From positions 160,001-224,000 of the forward strand of contig JBFWVL010000004.1 in NCBI GenBank assembly GCA_050246755.1: 64,000 bases of DNA, in the 5' to 3' direction. Origin of the DNA: Bacteriovoracia bacterium. GTDB lineage: Bacteria > Bdellovibrionota > UBA1018 > CAIPTA01. Below the pieces are notes generated by a model. It ran no database searches. It saw only the letters and a list, made by a program, of their open reading frames with translations, and was not told the origin of the DNA. Made by a program: the position numbers and the translations under genes. Shown in pieces: positions 28,788-38,184 of the stretch. Every line of letters starts with the position of its first letter. The first letter of the stretch is position 1.

Positions 28788-31770
28788 TGACCTTGGCGGA
28801 AGCGTGGGATGCACGAATTTTCGCCCACACATCTCCCTTGCTCATTTTGGTGAGCTCAATGGCAGAAGCGCGGTTGGGAAGGATGGGAATTAAGTTTGGC
28901 GTGAGCGTTTCGCTCAGGGTGAGGTTCTTATTGGCGAGCACCTCGTCTACCCGATCGATCGGCGTGAAGTGAGGCACGGTTTGCAGCACTTCCGGCGTTT
29001 CGTGCACGATTTTGTGAATCTCCATCACGGTGGCGAGGAAATCGTCGAGCTCGGCTTTGGTATAGCTCTCGGTAGGTTCCACCATGAGCCCGAGTACTTC
29101 GGGGAAGGCTACCGTGGGGGCGTGGAGGCCGAAATCGAGGAAGAGCTTACCAATACGCGGGATCACCATCGCGCGGGGAATGCCGCCCTTCTCTACCTGG
29201 GCGAAGCTTTCTTTCGAGAGCGTGAGGATGAACTCGTGCATGCGCGGCGTGGGCTCGGAACCCGCGGGCAGCGTGGGGAAATACTTGCGGAGGGTATTGA
29301 ATAGGTAGCGCGCGGAGAGCACGGCCACCGCGCTCATGCGGGGCACGCCTTCTTTGCCGAGGGCGCGTAGATAGGTATAGCAGCGCACTTTATGCCCGAA
29401 GTTTCCGAAGTGCCTTTGCACGGAGCCGATGGAGTGCTTGGTCTTCACTACCTTGTAGCCGGAAGCATCTTTCACGGCTTGATGGCCAGGTAAGAAGTCG
29501 GCGAGCTTTTCGCTCACGGCCACGAAAGCATCGCCCGGGCCACCGCCGCCATGGGGAATGCTCCAGGTTTTATGGGTATTATTATGAACCGCGTCCACGC
29601 CCATTTTGCCAAGGTCGATCCAGCCGGCAATGGCGTTCATGTTCGCGCCGTCCATGTAGACGAGTCCGTCCACGCCGTGGATGAGGTCAGCCACCGCTTT
29701 AAAGTTCGTCTCTAAGATCCCGCTAGTATTAGGGTTCGTGACCATTACCCCGGCGATGCGCTGGCCGAATTCGTCCACCAGGCTTTTTACCTGAGTGAGA
29801 TTCATCTGCCCGCTGGAATCGGCCTCGATGAGCTTAATATTCTCGGTGGCGTAGCCGGCCATGGTGGCAGTGGCGGGATTGGTGCCGTGAGCAGAGCGCG
29901 GGATCAAAAGGATATCGCGTTGCTCGCCTTTTTTGCGGTGGTAGGCCTGGAACATTTTTAGTCCCACGAGCTCCCCCTGGGCGCCGGCCATCGGCTGCGT
30001 GGTCACGGCGGGAAGGCCGGTGATTGCCTTGAAATATTCCTGGGTAAGGTAGAGAAGCTCGAGTGAGCCTTGAGCGTCTTCCGCGGGTGCCTGGGGATGG
30101 AGATCGGCGAATCCAGGGAGCGCGGCGGCCCAATCGTTCACGTACGGATTGTATTTCATCGTGCAGGAGCCGAGCGCGTAGATATTGTCGTCGGGGCTCA
30201 CGTTCTGCTCGCCTAGTTTTGTATAGTATTCCTTGATCTTCGCCACCGGTACGCGTGGAAGACTAATCCGGCCTTGGCGGAGCGCTGAAGCGGGAATCGC
30301 CGCAGCTTTTATCGGGGCGGATTTCCCCGAAAATTCTTTGGCGAAGAAGGCCGCGAGCTGGTCGATATCGGCTTTAGTGTGGCGGTCCGAAAAAGAAAGC
30401 AGGAGCAAATTGCCCTTGCTGGGTGCACGCGCCGAAACGTCCACGCCGATATGCAAATCGGAATTTCGTGCCGATTGGATCAAGTCCGCGGTGGGTTTCG
30501 GCACGGCGAGGCAGAGCTCGTTCCAGAAAGGAGCCTCGGGGTAAGCGGGCTTCACGCCTTCGAAGGCCGTGAGCTTCTCGAGTGCATAGAGCGCATTTTC
30601 GCGCGCTAGCTTCGCGGAAGCGGCCAGGCCCTCATCTCCCCTTTCGAGAAGCGCAGCGCCGGTGAGCGTGGCGAGGTAGCTCTGGTTAGAGCAGATATTC
30701 GAAGTGGCCTTCTCGCGGCGAATATGCTGCTCGCGGGTGGAGAGCACGATCGCGAAACAATCGCGGCCCGCGAGGTCTTTGCCTTTGCCGATGAAGCGGC
30801 CGGCGGTTTGGCGGATATCGTTTTTATTCTCGGCGTTGTAACGGATGCCGAACATCCCGAGGCCCGGGCCGCCGAAATTTGGGGCGATCGAGAGGTGTTG
30901 CCCTTCCGCCACGAAAATGGAGGCGCCTTTTTGGCCGAACGCCGAAGGCGGCTTGAGCGCGCCGGAAGCGATCGCCATGGGGTCGATCACTGCCACGGAG
31001 TGGGTGCCGAGCTCGGCGGCGAGGTCGGTGAGTGCATCTACGTCTTCGAGGAGCCCGAGAAAATTCAATTGAGGGAAAGCCAGGCAGGCGAGCTTATCGC
31101 CCACGCTGGCCGCGGCCGCTTTCATCGCCGCAGGGGAGACGCGTCCCGTGGCGGGATCCGCTTTCACGAATACTAAATTCAAGTCAGTTTCCGCCGCGAG
31201 AGTCCGTAGGGTTTCCACATCACCTGGAAAAAGGGTTTCGGCGATCACCGCCGTATCGGAATCACCGCGCAGGCGCTGCGCGCACTTTAGCGCTTCGAAG
31301 AGGCCGGTGGCCCGTTCGTAGAAGGATGCGTTGATTGCTTCGAAGCCCGTGATGGCGGCGATGGCGCACTGATAAATCCAGATGCTGGTGAGCGTGCCTT
31401 GGCTGCGCTCCGGCTGGTACGGCGTATAGGCTGTGGTGAGGTTCCGGATCCCGAGTACGTGGGGAACTACTTCGGGGGTTTTATAATGCTGCAGGCCATC
31501 GCCGATGAAAGAGAGGCGGGGTTTATTTTTCTGCGAGAGCTCCCGCATATGGTGAAGCAATTCTTCGTAGGGTAATTCCGCGGGCAGATCTAGATTTTGC
31601 AGGCGCACTGATTCGGGCACGTGGGAATAAAGGTCCGCGAGTTTTTTCTGGTCCAGCGACTCCAGCATCGATTCGATGTCTCCCTCGGAGGCGCAGATAT
31701 AGTGACGGGCCAACTCTCGGGGCAGCTGGTTCGGGTCGTAACCGAGGCCAGTGGAATCGATTTTTTTCAT
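28780..31770 (-). CDS. gcvP: Glycine dehydrogenase P protein (fused PA+PB type)
   Basis: TAYTPYQPERSQG, TREQHIRREKATSNIC, LGSCTMKYNP, SAHGTNPA, HKTWSIPHGGGGPG (PLP Lys), MVEPTES. Confidence 0.93.
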   Translation of the reverse strand: MKKIDSTGLGYDPNQLPRELARHYICASEGDIESMLESLDQKKLADLYSHVPESVRLQNLDLPAELPYEELLHHMRELSQKNKPRLSFIGDGLQHYKTPEVVPHVLGIRNLTTAYTPYQPERSQGTLTSIWIYQCAIAAITGFEAINASFYERATGLFEALKCAQRLRGDSDTAVIAETLFPGDVETLRTLAAETDLNLVFVKADPATGRVSPAAMKAAAASVGDKLACLAFPQLNFLGLLEDVDALTDLAAELGTHSVAVIDPMAIASGALKPPSAFGQKGASIFVAEGQHLSIAPNFGGPGLGMFGIRYNAENKNDIRQTAGRFIGKGKDLAGRDCFAIVLSTREQHIRREKATSNICSNQSYLATLTGAALLERGDEGLAASAKLARENALYALEKLTAFEGVKPAYPEAPFWNELCLAVPKPTADLIQSARNSDLHIGVDVSARAPSKGNLLLLSFSDRHTKADIDQLAAFFAKEFSGKSAPIKAAAIPASALRQGRISLPRVPVAKIKEYYTKLGEQNVSPDDNIYALGSCTMKYNPYVNDWAAALPGFADLHPQAPAEDAQGSLELLYLTQEYFKAITGLPAVTTQPMAGAQGELVGLKMFQAYHRKKGEQRDILLIPRSAHGTNPATATMAGYATENIKLIEADSSGQMNLTQVKSLVDEFGQRIAGVMVTNPNTSGILETNFKAVADLIHGVDGLVYMDGANMNAIAGWIDLGKMGVDAVHNNTHKTWSIPHGGGGPGDAFVAVSEKLADFLPGHQAVKDASGYKVVKTKHSIGSVQRHFGNFGHKVRCYTYLRALGKEGVPRMSAVAVLSARYLFNTLRKYFPTLPAGSEPTPRMHEFILTLSKESFAQVEKGGIPRAMVIPRIGKLFLDFGLHAPTVAFPEVLGLMVEPTESYTKAELDDFLATVMEIHKIVHETPEVLQTVPHFTPIDRVDEVLANKNLTLSETLTPNLIPILPNRASAIELTKMSKGDVWAKIRASHASAKVNA

Positions 31771-31952
31771 GTCTCTCGTCTTATCAAATATCGAGAGGAA
31801 ATTGGGGAATTTCCGAGCCAGCTTTTCGGGAGAAGCCGGCTGGATTCGGTGCCCCAAAATGCCGCAAAGCACCAAACCGATTTAGTCCAACTCCTAGTAT
31901 TTTCTATTTAACCTTGTTAGTGTTTTTTCGATTCTAGCCTTTATTAGGAGAT

Positions 31953-33647
31953 ATGTTCATGAGCCGTTCTTGGTGGATGCGTCTAACGCTCTTAGCTTTT
32001 TTTATCGTGGTGGCTTTCATCCACGTTTTTCCTACTCTCGCGAACCTGAATTTAGAGAGCACCAAATTTCCTTATAAAAAGAAGGTGAACTTGGGACTCG
32101 ATCTCCAGGGCGGCCTCTATATGGTGTACGGAGTAGACTTCAAAAAAGTGTACCAGGATAAATTAGTGCGTGCCGTGGACAGCCTTGCGGGCGAGCTCAG
32201 CAAAGAAGGCATTAACGCCAAAGTGGGCGCTCCCGATTCCACCATCGAGGAAGATCCTAAAGTTCACCTCACCTTCGATCCCAACAGCGCCGCCAAAGTG
32301 GACGAATTGCTCGAGAAGCAAAAGTACACGCTGCGGCCCATGAATAAGGGCACGGGCGACTACGAGCTCGCCATGTCCCGCGACTATCGCTCCACCCTCA
32401 AAGAAAATACGCTGAGCCAGAGCTTACAGGTGATCCGTAGCCGGATCGATGAATTCGGCGTGTCGGAGCCCTCGATCGTGACCAAGGGAGACAATCGCAT
32501 CGTGGTGGAGCTCCCCGGCGTGCGCGACGTGGAACGCGCGAAAGCCCTCGTGGGCCGTACCGCCCGTTTAGAATTCAAAATGGTGAACATGGAAAATAGC
32601 CGTGATTTGCCGCTTCTGATCATGAATGCCGAAAAGGAGAAGGGCTTCTCTTATAAAGAGGGCGAAAAATTCTCCGAATACCTTGCGAAACTCAATGCGG
32701 CCCTCAAGGGAAAAATCCCGGAAGATTCTCAAGTTTTGTTCGAGCGTAAGCCCGGCAACCTGAATATCCCCTACCTCATCTACTCGAAAGTGGAGCTCAC
32801 GGGTGCTGAGCTCGTGGACGCGATGGTTGGTTTCGACCAGCAATCCCAGAGCCCCGAAGTGGATTTTCAGCTGAGCCCTCGCGGCGCGGTTACCTTCGGT
32901 GACCTCACGCGTGCCAGCGTAGGAAAAAACCTCGCGATCGTGCTCGACGATATCGTTTACTCTGCTCCTCGCATCAACTCGCCGATTCCGGGTGGCCGCG
33001 GAATGATCACGGTGGGTGGATCCGGCGATGCCGCGTTTAAAGACGCGCGCGACCTCGCGATCGTGCTCCGTGCCGGCGCCCTCCCCGCCCAGCTCGATCT
33101 TCTCGAGCAGCGGGTGATCGGCCCTTCGATCGGTGCCGACTCCATCAACCGCGGCCTCACCGCCTCGCTGGTGGGTTGCTCTTTGATCTTCATCTTCATG
33201 GCGATCTACTACCGTATGAGCGGAGTGGTGGCCGTGATATCCCTGATCCTGAACGGGCTCTTTACCTTTGCCGTACTAATCGGGATCGACGCTACCCTCA
33301 CCCTTCCCGGAATCGCGGGCCTGGCGCTCACGATTGGGATGGCGGTGGATTCCAACGTGATCATCTTCGAGAGGATCCGCGATGAGCTCATGGAAGGGAA
33401 ATCCGTGGTGGGCGCCGTGCAGGCGGGCTTCGATAAGGCCTTCTCTTGTATCTTCGATGCGAACATCACGCACGCCATCGTGGCGATCATTTTGCTGAAC
33501 TTCGGCTCCGGCCCCATCCGCGGATTTGCCGTAACCTTGCTCATCGGCATCCTAACGACGCTCTTCTGCGCCGTAACGGTTTGCAAACTCCTATTCGACG
33601 GATACCTCGGTTGGAAAAACCAGAACGTTGAACAACTAAGCATTTAA
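31953..33647 (+). CDS. secD: Protein translocase subunit SecD
   Basis: LGLDLQGG, RIDEFGVSEP, LAIVLD, GMAVDSNVIIFERIRDE. Confidence 0.97.
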   Translation: MFMSRSWWMRLTLLAFFIVVAFIHVFPTLANLNLESTKFPYKKKVNLGLDLQGGLYMVYGVDFKKVYQDKLVRAVDSLAGELSKEGINAKVGAPDSTIEEDPKVHLTFDPNSAAKVDELLEKQKYTLRPMNKGTGDYELAMSRDYRSTLKENTLSQSLQVIRSRIDEFGVSEPSIVTKGDNRIVVELPGVRDVERAKALVGRTARLEFKMVNMENSRDLPLLIMNAEKEKGFSYKEGEKFSEYLAKLNAALKGKIPEDSQVLFERKPGNLNIPYLIYSKVELTGAELVDAMVGFDQQSQSPEVDFQLSPRGAVTFGDLTRASVGKNLAIVLDDIVYSAPRINSPIPGGRGMITVGGSGDAAFKDARDLAIVLRAGALPAQLDLLEQRVIGPSIGADSINRGLTASLVGCSLIFIFMAIYYRMSGVVAVISLILNGLFTFAVLIGIDATLTLPGIAGLALTIGMAVDSNVIIFERIRDELMEGKSVVGAVQAGFDKAFSCIFDANITHAIVAIILLNFGSGPIRGFAVTLLIGILTTLFCAVTVCKLLFDGYLGWKNQNVEQLSI

Positions 33648-33660
33648 TTCGAGGTATACA

Positions 33661-34587
33661 TTGTTTCATCTTATCCCAACGAACCTGAACGTAGACTTTC
33701 TAAAAATCTCCCGTCCCTTTATCTGGGCTTCCACCCTCTTCGTGGTCGTTTCCGTGGTGCTCCTATTCACCAAGGGCCTCAACTACGGCGTGGATTTCAC
33801 CGGCGGAGCCGAGCTCCAGGTGGAAGTTCCCAAAGACTGGGACACCGCTAAGCTTCGTGATGTGCTCAAGCAAGGCGGGCTTCCCGACGTGGGCGTGATC
33901 CGCATCGAGGATGCGAAGAAACAGGAGTTCATCCTAAAGACCCAGGAAACCACCCAGGTGAGCGACCGCGTGGAGAAAATTCTTTCGTCGAACCTAAAGG
34001 CCGGCGAGTACCAGATCCTCAAGGCCGACGTGGTGGGCCCGCAAGCCGGGGAAGAGCTCCGCTATTCCGCGATCATTTCGGTTTTGGCCGCCGCGCTCGG
34101 TATCCTGATTTATATCACCTTCCGCTTCGATTTCCGTTTCGCTCCCGGAATCGTGCGTGCCCTACTCTTCGACGTGATCGCCGTGCTCGGCGTATGGATC
34201 ATGATCGGCAAAGAGTTCAATCTTTCCACCGTGGCCGCCCTGCTCACGATCGCGGGTTACTCCTGTAACGATACCATCGTGATCTACGACCGGATCCGCG
34301 ACTACACCAAGACCCACCCGCATATGAGCATGTACGATATCGTGAACAAATCGATTAACCTCAATCTCGGCCGTACGGTGCTCACTGTTCTCTGCACCAA
34401 CTTCGTGGTGGTGGCGCTCTGGTTGCTCGGCGGCCCGGTGCTCGGCGATTTCGCCTTCGCCATGCTGATCGGTTTCTCGATTTCCGTTTTCTCCACCATC
34501 TTCGTGGCTAACCCCATGGTGATGTACATGGAAAAACGCGCGCACAAGAACGATGCGCCAAAGGCACGCCAGCCCAAGCATGCGTAA
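33661..34587 (+). CDS. secF: Protein translocase subunit SecF
   Basis: GLNYGVDFTGG, VGPQAG, GYSCNDTIVIYDRIR. Confidence 0.95.
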   Translation: MFHLIPTNLNVDFLKISRPFIWASTLFVVVSVVLLFTKGLNYGVDFTGGAELQVEVPKDWDTAKLRDVLKQGGLPDVGVIRIEDAKKQEFILKTQETTQVSDRVEKILSSNLKAGEYQILKADVVGPQAGEELRYSAIISVLAAALGILIYITFRFDFRFAPGIVRALLFDVIAVLGVWIMIGKEFNLSTVAALLTIAGYSCNDTIVIYDRIRDYTKTHPHMSMYDIVNKSINLNLGRTVLTVLCTNFVVVALWLLGGPVLGDFAFAMLIGFSISVFSTIFVANPMVMYMEKRAHKNDAPKARQPKHA

Positions 34588-35320
34588 GCTCACGGCCCTC
34601 GCTACTGCGCTTCTTCTTTGCGCCTGCGCGAGTGCCCCGACTTCGGGCAAAAAGGCCTTCGTGCCCGCGGCGGCCAATGATCCTTCCGACAACGCTACCC
34701 CCGGGATGATCCCCGCGGCGTGTGAATCTCTCCTGCAAAAAAGCCAGGAATGGGGCTATAGGCCGGGTGAAAAATGGAAGCCCGCCAATAAGGAACAGGC
34801 CCTCGAAGTAGCGGATTTTTTCGCCTTGTTCACCCTGGTTCCCGAGGCCTCTTCCCGTGCTCTGCATACTTGGATGAATATGCCCCCGTCGGTTTCGGTC
34901 AATGAAGCGAGGGACTCGATGAAAAAAATCGAGACCATGCAATTCTGCGATCACACCCTCGCCATGGTATTTCTGGATGCGATCCTGAACTACCGCTGGC
35001 CCTCCGCCATGAAGGCCCAAGCCGGCAAAGATTTTACCCAGTTTATCTTAAATCAGCAGAGCCGCACTTCCCTGCTCGAATCCCGGGCGGTAACGATCCA
35101 TGTGCTCAAAGGCGCACGTGGAAAGCGCCTGATTCCCGGTTCCACCAATAACGTAGCGAAACTGAGGATAGATATTCAAAAAGCCAAAGCGGCATTGGCA
35201 CCGCTCCAGATCACCGAAACCGAGCCTAGCGAGCTGGACACCGAAAAAAATCTTCGCAAGGAACTAGCGTACTCCGAGAATATCCGCGAGCGGCTCAGCC
35301 GGGAATTGCCGTTGCCCTAG
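34580..35320 (+). CDS. Hypothetical lipoprotein
   Basis: MRKLTALATALLLCAC lipobox; overlaps the secF stop. Confidence 0.7.
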   Translation: MRKLTALATALLLCACASAPTSGKKAFVPAAANDPSDNATPGMIPAACESLLQKSQEWGYRPGEKWKPANKEQALEVADFFALFTLVPEASSRALHTWMNMPPSVSVNEARDSMKKIETMQFCDHTLAMVFLDAILNYRWPSAMKAQAGKDFTQFILNQQSRTSLLESRAVTIHVLKGARGKRLIPGSTNNVAKLRIDIQKAKAALAPLQITETEPSELDTEKNLRKELAYSENIRERLSRELPLP

Positions 35321-35994
35321 GCAGGAATTCGCTTCTCTTTGCGTGCTTTCCACATTTCCAGCAGCACTGGAATTAGGGAAATAAAGATGATCGCCACCAC
35401 CACCACGTGAAAGTTCCGCTTCACGGCCGGTAGATTCCCGAAAAACGCCCCCGCGATCGTGATCGAAAGCACCCAGGTAAAGCCGCCTATTACCGAAAAG
35501 GTAAGGAAGCGAGCGTAGGTCATTTGCGCCACTCCCGCCACGAAGGGAGCGAAGGTGCGCAAAATCGGAGCAAAGCGGGCGATGACCAGCGCCCGTCCAC
35601 CATGGCGTTCGTAGAATCGATTGGTGCGGTCCAAGTATTCCCGGCGAAATAGTTTGGAGTTTGGGTTGCTGAAGGCTTTAGTGCCAAAGAAACGCCCGAT
35701 ACTGTAGTTCGTTATGTCGCCGAGAATCGCCGCGCTCACTAAAGTGAAGCAAAGCAGGGGTAACTTCAAAAAGGCGTTATCCACGGCCGTTAATGCCCCG
35801 AGCGCGAAGAGAAGCGAATCACCCGGCAGGAAGGGGGTGATCACGAGTCCGGTCTCGCAGAAAATCACGAGGAACATGAACGCGTAAATCCATGGGCCAA
35901 ATTGCGTGATCCAGGCGTTTAGGTGCAAATCGAGGTGGAGTACCACATCCACGAAATAATGAAGGTATCCCGAGAGTTCATGAAAAAATTGCAT
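35317..35994 (-). CDS. dedA: DedA family membrane protein
   Basis: FCETGLVITPFLPGDSLLF, ARFAPILRTFAPFVAG. Confidence 0.92.
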   Translation of the reverse strand: MQFFHELSGYLHYFVDVVLHLDLHLNAWITQFGPWIYAFMFLVIFCETGLVITPFLPGDSLLFALGALTAVDNAFLKLPLLCFTLVSAAILGDITNYSIGRFFGTKAFSNPNSKLFRREYLDRTNRFYERHGGRALVIARFAPILRTFAPFVAGVAQMTYARFLTFSVIGGFTWVLSITIAGAFFGNLPAVKRNFHVVVVAIIFISLIPVLLEMWKARKEKRIPA

Positions 35995-36086
35995 GGGAAA
36001 ACTCTAAGTCACGCCGCAGGATTGCGCAACTATCCGGGCAGGCATAAACTTAGCCCAGTAATTTTACTCTTACGCGAGGCCCAAAA

Positions 36087-37205
36087 ATGTTTGAACATAT
36101 CCAGCTCCCCAAAGAACTTATTCCCACCGACGGACGCTTCGGCTGCGGCCCCTCCCTGGTGCGCCCGGAATTCGTGGAAGCCCTTGCGAAAGAATCGAAA
36201 ACCTTTCTCGGTACCAGCCATCGCCAGGCGGCCGTGAAGAATAAAGTGGGCGCGGTTCTGGAGAAAATGCGCAAGTACCTCGAAGTTCCCGCCGACTATA
36301 AAATCGCGATGGGCAATGGTTCGGCCTCTCTCGTTTGGGACATGAGCACCTTTGGCCTCGTAGAGAAAAAATCCGCTCACTTCGTGAACGGCGAGTTCTC
36401 GCAAAAATGGGGAGCTTCGGTAAAAGAATCGAAGTTCAACCAGATGCACGAGGTGAAAGTGGGCAACGGAAAGCAGCCCAAATTCGAAGAGTTTGCCGAC
36501 TGCGACGTCCATTGCATCACCTGGAACGAAACTTCCACCGGCGCGATGTGGGATCACTGCCCTAGCGTAAAAAATTCCCTGCTCGCCGTGGACGGAACTT
36601 CCGCCGCCGGCGCGTATACCTGGGATCTTTCCAAGACGGACCTTTTCTATTTTTCTCCGCAGAAGGCCTTCGGCTCCGAGGGCGGCCTGTGGATCGGCGT
36701 TTTCTCGCCCAAAGCCGTGGCGCAAATCGAGAGAATTAAAAAATCCGGGCGCTATATTCCGGCTCTTCTCGATTTCACCCTCGCCCTGAAAAATGCCGAG
36801 AGCAACCAAACGTATAATACCCCTTCGCTCACCACGATCTACCTGCTCGAGAAACAGCTCCAGTGGTTCCTCGATAAGGGCGGGATCCACGCGATCGCCA
36901 AGGAGCAGGATGAGAAAGTGAAAATCCTCCACAACTGGGTGGATGGCCGCAAAGAGCTCTCCCACTATATCGAAGACCCTAAGGCCCGCTCCAAAACGGT
37001 GTGCACGATCAATATCGATAAGTCGATTCCCTACGACGGCCTCACCAAGCAGCTGCGTAAATTCGGTATCCTCGATATCGACTGCTACCGCAATCTCGGC
37101 GAGAACCAGATCCGCGTTTCCCTCTTTCCAAATATTTCCCGCGAAGATCTCGTGAAGCTCACGAAGGCCGTGGATTATATGCTGGATAATAGGAAGCAAG
37201 GATAA
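36087..37205 (+). CDS. serC: Phosphoserine aminotransferase (actinobacterial-like subtype)
   Basis: DGRFGCGPS, GTSHRQ, NETSTG, YFSPQKAFGSEGGLW (PLP Lys), NQTYNTP. Confidence 0.85.
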   Translation: MFEHIQLPKELIPTDGRFGCGPSLVRPEFVEALAKESKTFLGTSHRQAAVKNKVGAVLEKMRKYLEVPADYKIAMGNGSASLVWDMSTFGLVEKKSAHFVNGEFSQKWGASVKESKFNQMHEVKVGNGKQPKFEEFADCDVHCITWNETSTGAMWDHCPSVKNSLLAVDGTSAAGAYTWDLSKTDLFYFSPQKAFGSEGGLWIGVFSPKAVAQIERIKKSGRYIPALLDFTLALKNAESNQTYNTPSLTTIYLLEKQLQWFLDKGGIHAIAKEQDEKVKILHNWVDGRKELSHYIEDPKARSKTVCTINIDKSIPYDGLTKQLRKFGILDIDCYRNLGENQIRVSLFPNISREDLVKLTKAVDYMLDNRKQG

Positions 37206-37209
37206 AGAA

Positions 37210-37241
37210 GGCAAAAAGGCATAGGGGCAAAGAGGTAGGGA
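37210..37241 (+). repeat. Four tandem octamers of the GGCAAAGR family
   Basis: GGCAAAAA GGCATAGG GGCAAAGA GGTAGGGA between serC and fabD. Confidence 0.55.
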
Positions 37242-37245
37242 GAGT

Positions 37246-38184
37246 ATGAAAAAGATCTTTTTATTTCCGGGTCAGGGTTCGCAGTTCGTGGGCATGGGCA
37301 AAAGCTTGGTGGAAAATTTTCCGCTCGCGAAACAAACCTTCGAAGAAGCTTCCGATGCCTTGCGCTTCGATTTGAAAAAAGTATGCTTCGATGGGCCCGA
37401 GAGCGATCTCAAGCTCACTCATATCACCCAGCCCGCGATCCTTACGCATTCGGTAGCGGCCTTCCGCGTGCTGAAAGCCGAAACTCCGCTCAAGGCGGAT
37501 TTCGTGGCCGGCCATTCCCTCGGGGAGTATTCCGCGCTCGTGGCGGCTGGTGCCTTGGATTTTTCGGCGGCGGCCAAGCTCGTGAATGCGCGCGGTAAGT
37601 TCATGCAGGAAGCGGTTCCCGTGGGAACCGGCGCGATGGCGGCCCTGATCGGCGCACAGGAAGCGAACGTGAAATCCCTCTGCGAGGCCGCCGGCAAAAC
37701 CACCGGCAAGGTTTGTGAGATGGCGAACTTCAACGGTGGCGGGCAAATCGTGATCTCCGGACATAAAGAGGCCGTGGAAGAAGCGGTGCGTTTAGCGGGG
37801 GCCGACCCGGTTTTCGGGATTTCTAAGGCCGTGCTGCTCACCGTATCGGCGCCCTTCCATTGCTCGCTCATGAAGAAGGCCGAAGAGAATATGCGCCCTC
37901 TCCTCGAGGCCACGAAAATTTCCCAGCTTACTTCTCCCTATATCGCCAACGTGGACGCCGCTTTGCACTCCGATCTCGCCGGAATCGTGCCTCGCCTGAT
38001 CGCGCAGATCTGTGGTTCCGTGCGCTGGGAGCAGAGCATGCAGCTTCTCGCCGCCCACGGCGTAACCGAAGCCTACGAGATCGGTCCCGGTAAAGTCCTC
38101 TCCGGCCTCATGCGCCGAATCAATAAAGAAGTGAAGTGCAAGGGCGTGGACCAAGCTCCCGATATTGCCGCGCTTACTTCCTAG
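37246..38184 (+). CDS. fabD: Malonyl CoA-ACP transacylase
   Basis: FPGQGSQ, TQPAI, GHSLGEY, VSAPFHC, EIGPGKVL. Confidence 0.97.
   Translation: MKKIFLFPGQGSQFVGMGKSLVENFPLAKQTFEEASDALRFDLKKVCFDGPESDLKLTHITQPAILTHSVAAFRVLKAETPLKADFVAGHSLGEYSALVAAGALDFSAAAKLVNARGKFMQEAVPVGTGAMAALIGAQEANVKSLCEAAGKTTGKVCEMANFNGGGQIVISGHKEAVEEAVRLAGADPVFGISKAVLLTVSAPFHCSLMKKAEENMRPLLEATKISQLTSPYIANVDAALHSDLAGIVPRLIAQICGSVRWEQSMQLLAAHGVTEAYEIGPGKVLSGLMRRINKEVKCKGVDQAPDIAALTS

Noticed and set aside
31881-31952. A yajC gene hidden upstream of secD
   Set aside because: The gap is too short and AT-rich, with no suitable ORF; yajC is simply not adjacent here.
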